A stretch of 64,000 nucleotides of DNA from a bacterium (GTDB taxonomy: Bacteria > Bacteroidota > Ignavibacteria > UBA10030), in the NCBI GenBank assembly GCA_043803945.1, contig JAZDJN010000048.1, positions 1 to 64,000 on the forward strand. The letters are read 5' to 3'. The notes beneath the pieces are model-generated. The model was not told the DNA's origin. It saw only the letters and a program-made list of their open reading frames with translations, and made no database searches. This document shows positions 58,696-64,000 of the stretch, one piece after another (the first letter of the stretch is position 1; every line of letters starts with the position of its first letter). The translations under genes were made by a program, and so were the position numbers.

Positions 58696-59703
58696 GTGAA
58701 GCGTATCGTTTCTCTTGCCTTGCTCAGTTTTATTATGACAGTCGTTGTGTTTGGCCAGCAATACACAATAAAGTTTGCTACTGTCGCTCCTGAAGGGAGT
58801 ACCTGGATGAATGTTATGAAGGAGTACGACGCGGCGATCCGCAAGGAAAGCGGCGGTCGGCTCGGATTCCGGATATACGCTGGAGGTGTTCAGGGGGATG
58901 AAAAAAACATACTGAGGAAAATCAAAGTCGGACAATTACATAGCGGCGGATTTACCGGTGTTGGCATGGGCGAAATAGCACCTAATGTCCGAATTCTCGA
59001 CTCCCCTTTCCTGGTCCGCAATGAAGAGGAGATTGACCTCCTCTATAAAGAGTTCGGAAAGGAGTTCGAACAATCGTTTGAAGAGGGCGGCTATGTCCTC
59101 CTTGGATGGGCAGAAGTTGGTTTTGTCTATGTCTTCACAAATACACAGGTCAAGACAACTGCAGATTTGAGAGGTATGAAAATGTGGACGTGGGAAGGAG
59201 ATCCCGTGGCAGAGACCGCATTTCGTACCCTCGGCATCAATCCCATCCCGCTTTCCATCACCGACGTGATGACCTCGCTGCAGACCGGATTGATTGATGC
59301 ATTCTACACAACTCCCTATGTTGCCATTGCACTGCAGTGGTTTGCCCGGGCAAAATACATGGTCGATGTACCACTGGCCAATGCTGCCGGATCAGTTCTG
59401 ATCTCAAAAAAATATTATGACCAGATGCCCAAAGATCTTCAGGATATCTTGATGAAGAATGGCCGTCTTTATATCTCGAAGCTTACTCAACTCAGCAGGC
59501 GTGATAACAAAGAAGCCATGAAGGAACTGAAGAAACGGGGACTCATCTTCCTGGCTGTCAGCGAAAAGGATTTGCAGGAATACATTCAGGTTGGCAACAA
59601 GTCGCGCAGAGCGTTGGTTGGAAAACTCTATTCCGAAGAATTCCTAAACCGGATCGAAAAAACCATCTCCGAGGTACGAAAGAATCAACAAGGGTCGAAA
59701 TGA
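58696..59703 (+). CDS. dctP: TRAP substrate-binding protein
   Basis: Signal peptide, KFATVAPEGSTW, GGVQGDE, LQTGLID. Confidence 0.9.
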   Translation: MKRIVSLALLSFIMTVVVFGQQYTIKFATVAPEGSTWMNVMKEYDAAIRKESGGRLGFRIYAGGVQGDEKNILRKIKVGQLHSGGFTGVGMGEIAPNVRILDSPFLVRNEEEIDLLYKEFGKEFEQSFEEGGYVLLGWAEVGFVYVFTNTQVKTTADLRGMKMWTWEGDPVAETAFRTLGINPIPLSITDVMTSLQTGLIDAFYTTPYVAIALQWFARAKYMVDVPLANAAGSVLISKKYYDQMPKDLQDILMKNGRLYISKLTQLSRRDNKEAMKELKKRGLIFLAVSEKDLQEYIQVGNKSRRALVGKLYSEEFLNRIEKTISEVRKNQQGSK

Positions 59704-60197
59704 ATTGGTTAAAGAAGATCGATTTCTTCATGAATAAGATCGAGGGATACCTTCTTATTCTCCTCCTTTCGGTCATGGTCGTGCTGGCGTTTGCACAGGT
59801 GGTTCTCCGCAATCTCTTTTCGGCGGGAATTTTCTGGGCCGATATTCTGCTGAGGAATTTGCTGCTCTGGGTAGGGTTCCTCGGTGCCGCCATAGCGACG
59901 AGTGAGGAACGGCATATCAATATCGATGCCCTAAGGAGGTTTTTTTCCGTCCGAGTACGATCCGCCGTCGATGTCATAACAGATTTATTTGCAGCCTTCA
60001 TCTGTTTTCTCCTGATGAAAGCTGCATGGGTGTTTGTGCAATCAGAGATTGCCGACAAGCGAACGGTCTTTGAGGATATTCCATCCTGGTACTTACAGAT
60101 CATCATTCCGATCGGATTCGGATTGCTGGTTGTTCATTTTATTATACGGTCAATTCTGCGCGCGCACACTGCACTCTCGCGAGGTGCCTCCGTATGA
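59700..60197 (+). CDS. dctQ: TRAP small permease
   Basis: Four TMs, QVVLRN, HINID. Confidence 0.9.
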   Translation: MNWLKKIDFFMNKIEGYLLILLLSVMVVLAFAQVVLRNLFSAGIFWADILLRNLLLWVGFLGAAIATSEERHINIDALRRFFSVRVRSAVDVITDLFAAFICFLLMKAAWVFVQSEIADKRTVFEDIPSWYLQIIIPIGFGLLVVHFIIRSILRAHTALSRGASV

Positions 60198-61471
60198 ATA
60201 TCTGGGTGATACTTCTCATTCTCCTTCTTGCTTTTCTGGGGGCTCCCTTATTCACCATTATTGGTGCCATCGGAGTTTACGCGTTTTTCTCGGCCGATAT
60301 CGATACCTCAGCGCTCATCATCGACCTCTATAGTAAAATTGCCGATCAACCCACATTGATTGCCGTGCCCCTCTTCACGTTCGCCGGATACCTGCTGGCA
60401 GAGAGCAAGGCACCGAAGCGCATGGTCGATCTTGCACAGGCACTCTTTGGATGGATGCCGGCAGGATTGGCGATTGTTGCACTGCTTACCTGCGCACTCT
60501 TCACGGCATTTACCGGAGCGTCGGGAGTAACCATCGTTGCGCTCGGCGGCCTCTTGTATCCGGTCCTGTTGAAGGAGCATTATCCGGAACAATTCTCTCT
60601 GGGCCTGGTTACCGCATCCGGGAGTATCGGATTATTATTTCCGCCGAGCCTCCCAATTATTCTTTATGGATTCGTGGCAGGGGTCAGCATCGACAAACTC
60701 TTCGTCGCCGGCCTTATTCCCGGACTCATCCTCATCGGTTTCCTTTGTGTGTACAGTTTGCATGTGAGTATCAAAGCAAAAGTGCCTAAGACTCCGTTCA
60801 AATGGCGCAATGTGTGGGTCACCTTAAAAGCAGCGGGCTGGGAAGTGCCGCTCCCGTTCATTGTGATCGGGGGCATTTACGGCGGTGCGTTTACTGCCTC
60901 GGAAGCTGCGGCAATTACGGCCTTCTATGCCTTCATCGTCGAGGTTGTTATCTATCGTGACCTTCATATCATTCGGGATATCCCACGGGTGATGAAGCGA
61001 AGCATGGTGCTGGTCGGTGCCATCCTGATGATTCTAGGGTGCGCGCTCGGTTTAATGAACTACCTGATCGATCAACAGGTCCCCCAACGATTGTTTGAAT
61101 TTGTGCAGGCTCATGTTTCCAGCAAGTTCATGTTCCTCCTGATCCTGAACGTCTTTCTCATCATCATCGGGATGATGATGGAGATTTTTTCGGCCATCGT
61201 CTCCGTGCCGCTTATATTACCGATCGCCCAGCAATTTAATATTGATCCGGTGCACCTGGGCATTATCTTCCTGACAAATCTCGAGCTCGGGTATTTAATG
61301 CCGCCGATGGGATTAAACCTCTTTCTCTCGAGCCTGCGTTTTGAAAAATCTATCTTCCACCTCTCGAAAGCTGTTATCATGTTTATTGTTTTTGAGGCGG
61401 TTGCGCTGATGGTTATCACGTACGTCCCAGAATTCAGCCTGTGGTTGCCGAATCTGTTGGGAACCCAGTAG
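60194..61471 (+). CDS. dctM: TRAP large permease
   Basis: AVPLF, GLLFPPSLP, IDPVHLG, PPMGLNLF. Confidence 0.93.
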   Translation: MNIWVILLILLLAFLGAPLFTIIGAIGVYAFFSADIDTSALIIDLYSKIADQPTLIAVPLFTFAGYLLAESKAPKRMVDLAQALFGWMPAGLAIVALLTCALFTAFTGASGVTIVALGGLLYPVLLKEHYPEQFSLGLVTASGSIGLLFPPSLPIILYGFVAGVSIDKLFVAGLIPGLILIGFLCVYSLHVSIKAKVPKTPFKWRNVWVTLKAAGWEVPLPFIVIGGIYGGAFTASEAAAITAFYAFIVEVVIYRDLHIIRDIPRVMKRSMVLVGAILMILGCALGLMNYLIDQQVPQRLFEFVQAHVSSKFMFLLILNVFLIIIGMMMEIFSAIVSVPLILPIAQQFNIDPVHLGIIFLTNLELGYLMPPMGLNLFLSSLRFEKSIFHLSKAVIMFIVFEAVALMVITYVPEFSLWLPNLLGTQ

Positions 61472-61520
61472 AGTCAGAATTTGTTTTTCATCAACTCTCA
61501 TAATGAAAGGAATTACCATT

Positions 61521-62009
61521 ATGTTATCCAAAAATATGCTCGATGCGTTAAATCTACAAATTAACCATGAGCTGTACTCCTCGTACCTCTATCTTTCGAT
61601 GTCTGCCCATTTCGAGGCGGAGAATCTTTCCGGATTCGCCCAGTGGATGTCGGCTCAAGCGAAAGAAGAGAATGAACACGCAATGAAGTTTTACCGCTAT
61701 GTATTTGAGCGTGGAAGCAAGGTGGTGCTTGAAGCGATCGATAAACCGCCGACGGATTTTAAGACTCCTCTTGAAGTCATGAAGATGGTACTCGAACATG
61801 AAAAGAAAGTCACCGCTTCAATCAATGCCCTCTATGAGCTGGCTCTCAAGGAGAATGACTATCCAAGCCAGATCAAGCTTCAATGGTTCATTACTGAGCA
61901 GGTTGAGGAAGAGAAGAATGCTGCCGATATCATCGAGATGCTCAAGATGATCGGGGATGCACCTGCTGGATTAGTCATGGTCGATCGGCAGCTCGGGGCA
62001 AGAAAATAA
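61521..62009 (+). CDS. Non-haem ferritin
   Basis: QINHELYSSYLY, EENEHA, QWFITEQVEEE. Confidence 0.95.
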   Translation: MLSKNMLDALNLQINHELYSSYLYLSMSAHFEAENLSGFAQWMSAQAKEENEHAMKFYRYVFERGSKVVLEAIDKPPTDFKTPLEVMKMVLEHEKKVTASINALYELALKENDYPSQIKLQWFITEQVEEEKNAADIIEMLKMIGDAPAGLVMVDRQLGARK

Positions 62010-62023
62010 CTTGATCTGATCAT

Positions 62024-63580
62024 TTATGCAATGCTGGCTGTGATGCTCAGGAGTGAGAGGGGCGGCAAGATAAACTGAAGCGATGACTCACTTGTTATGA
62101 TGGTATACGCTTTTGGAGTAATGGCATCAGGCTGATGAAATGTGTTTGCTGTATTAAAATCATCATGCGAGAGTATTTGTGCGCTGGCGATCTTGAGGTT
62201 TCCTCCGCGAATGGCACAGGTGACGCTGATCGGACGTTCAGGAAACGGATTGACAGCGGTGACGATAAGTTCCTTCTGGTCCCGTGAAGCAGAGATGGAG
62301 AGATCACATTCTGAAGCGGGCGCATGATCGACTTTCAATGAATGTCGTGACTGATGCGCCTTGCACATCATGAACGCCCAGTATGCAGGTGTGCGGATAC
62401 ACTGCTCATTGTGGGTGAGGAGCAGAGCGTGAAGGACATTGGCGATCTGCGCGACATTGCACATCACAAGCTTGTCGGCATGACGGTGAAAGATATTAAG
62501 GGCCAATCCGGTAGCAACAGCCTGGCGCATCGTACTCCACTGGAATAACATGCCAAACCGTGATTCGTCTTCCGGCGACGATTTATCCCACAATCCCCAC
62601 TCATCAATCATCAATCCTGTGCGTCGCTGTGGATCCGCAACTCCAGTGTTAATCTCATCCAGGAACTCACCCTGCTCAACAATGGCCCTCTCCAGGTCAG
62701 CAAAGGTGGCGAGCTGTTCCTGAAGCGTAGAGGTAGTATATGAGCGTGAAGTGCTCTTTCCCCAGGAATAGAAGTGCATTGCATAGCCATTAATCCGTGC
62801 GGCATATTTCCGCTTATGTGCTGCGAAAAACCGGCGTGTCCATTCCATGTCGCTGCTCTCAGGCCCGCATGCGATGAGAAAGGGATTGACACCGCCGTAG
62901 GCTCGAAGATAGGCAGAGAAGCGATTATACTGGGCTGCATATTCTTCGGGAGTCATCTGACCGCCGCAGCACCAGCTTTCATTGCCAATGCCCCAATAGG
63001 AAACACCAAAAGGCGCGACAGAGCCATTGGCAATTCTCTCATTCGAAAGAGTACTCCCACCTGGAAAATTACAATACTCGATCCAGTCGCGCAGTTCCTG
63101 CGGTGATCCGGAACCGACGTTCCCAGCCAAGTACGGTTGGGCGCCGATGAGGCGGCACAGGTTAATGAATTCATGAGTACCGAAGGCATTATCTTCAATC
63201 ACCTGGCCCCACCACAGATTGACGCGTTTCGGCCGTCGTTCTGAAGGACCGATACCATCGCGCCAATGGTAGTCGTCGGCAAAGCATCCGCCCGGCCAGC
63301 GCAGGACAGGGACACCAAGCTCCCGGAGATATTGGATGGCCATGGAGCGGAATCCATTGATGTTTGGAATTGGCGACGATGGCCCAACCCACAAGCCGCC
63401 ATAGACACAGCTCCCAAGATGTTCGGCGAAATGTCCATGGAGTTCCGGTTTGATGATTCCAATTTCCTGGTCCAGGTCGATGATCAGTTCGCGCTTTTCA
63501 TAGGCAAGCGGATTGAACTGCTGCGGTTCATTCATTCCGGATGCCGGATTCAGATTCCACTGTGGGGGTGTAGTAGCCAT
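62024..63580 (-). CDS. Alpha-L-arabinofuranosidase (GH51)
   Basis: GHFAEHLG, RWPGGCFAD.YHWRDGIGP, WGIGNE, IDEWG. Confidence 0.93.
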   Translation of the reverse strand: MATTPPQWNLNPASGMNEPQQFNPLAYEKRELIIDLDQEIGIIKPELHGHFAEHLGSCVYGGLWVGPSSPIPNINGFRSMAIQYLRELGVPVLRWPGGCFADDYHWRDGIGPSERRPKRVNLWWGQVIEDNAFGTHEFINLCRLIGAQPYLAGNVGSGSPQELRDWIEYCNFPGGSTLSNERIANGSVAPFGVSYWGIGNESWCCGGQMTPEEYAAQYNRFSAYLRAYGGVNPFLIACGPESSDMEWTRRFFAAHKRKYAARINGYAMHFYSWGKSTSRSYTTSTLQEQLATFADLERAIVEQGEFLDEINTGVADPQRRTGLMIDEWGLWDKSSPEDESRFGMLFQWSTMRQAVATGLALNIFHRHADKLVMCNVAQIANVLHALLLTHNEQCIRTPAYWAFMMCKAHQSRHSLKVDHAPASECDLSISASRDQKELIVTAVNPFPERPISVTCAIRGGNLKIASAQILSHDDFNTANTFHQPDAITPKAYTIITSESSLQFILPPLSLLSITASIA

Positions 63581-63581
63581 C

Positions 63582-64000
63582 TCAGTGCTTCTTGGACTTT
63601 TCTTCAACAAATGGCTGATGCAATATTACCGGAGCCGTTTTTGTCCGCCGCATCTTGAGATTCAGCATCTCAACGAATACCGAGAATGCCATAGAGAAAT
63701 ATATATAGCCTTTCGGAATGTGCTGGTCGAATCCTTCCGCAATCAGAGTTACCCCAATGAGCAACAGGAAGCTGAGTGCCAGAATTTTAATCGTCGGATG
63801 CTGATCGACGAAATTGCTAATGGGTGAGGCGATGAACATCATGCAGGCGACCGCGATGACAATGGCAGCGATCATGATCTGTACATTATCAACCATACCC
63901 ACAGCAGTGATAACCGAGTCAAGCGAGAAGACGATATCGAGCAGCAAAATTTGAACGATTGTGCCAGCAAAAGAAATCTTTGCCTTTGTTGAAATTGAGC
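63582..64000 (-). CDS. TerC-family membrane protein (5' end outside window)
   Basis: DIVFSLDSVITAVG, HPTIKILALSFLLLIG, IPKGYIYFSMAFS. Confidence 0.93.
   Translation of the reverse strand, partial: SISTKAKISFAGTIVQILLLDIVFSLDSVITAVGMVDNVQIMIAAIVIAVACMMFIASPISNFVDQHPTIKILALSFLLLIGVTLIAEGFDQHIPKGYIYFSMAFSVFVEMLNLKMRRTKTAPVILHQPFVEEKSKKH

Noticed and set aside
3940-63827. Many antisense and alternative-frame ORFs overlapping well-supported genes
   Set aside because: Shadow ORFs with no motifs or independent support.

Overview
Bacterial chromosomal window; gene content (PorZ-like, DUF3276, LptD-like, CHASE2 cyclase) suggests the Ignavibacteriota/Bacteroidota-Chlorobiota group, which is an inference. 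It opens with the trailer end of a CRISPR array (30-bp repeat ending ATTGAAAT, 35 complete repeats plus 1 partial, 35 spacers, no cas genes in the window) that abuts a broken gene. Housekeeping genes follow (ROK kinase, LptD-like, clpX-clpP-tig). A ~6.6-kb tyrosine-integrase element sits in tRNA-Leu(TAG). Unusually, it duplicates the 5' end of the tRNA, so the intact tRNA lies downstream of the element and depends on element DNA for its promoter, while the host tRNA promoter faces the integrase. The element has arm-type repeats, operator-like palindromes and a candidate RNA switch before a DUF4373 replication gene. The rest holds a TPR / WD40-caspase / DUF4384 / CHASE2-adenylate cyclase cluster, hpnCDE, a BsuBI/PstI-type restriction-modification pair, a PAS x4-PP2C phosphatase, a methyltransferase-PAP2-Lgt fusion operon, priA, larC, waaA, a cNMP-GAF histidine kinase, CRP, a probable 6S RNA, ribH, a two-component system, a TRAP-T transporter, ferritin, GH51 and a partial TerC gene. 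All calls come from reading the sequence; no database searches were run.
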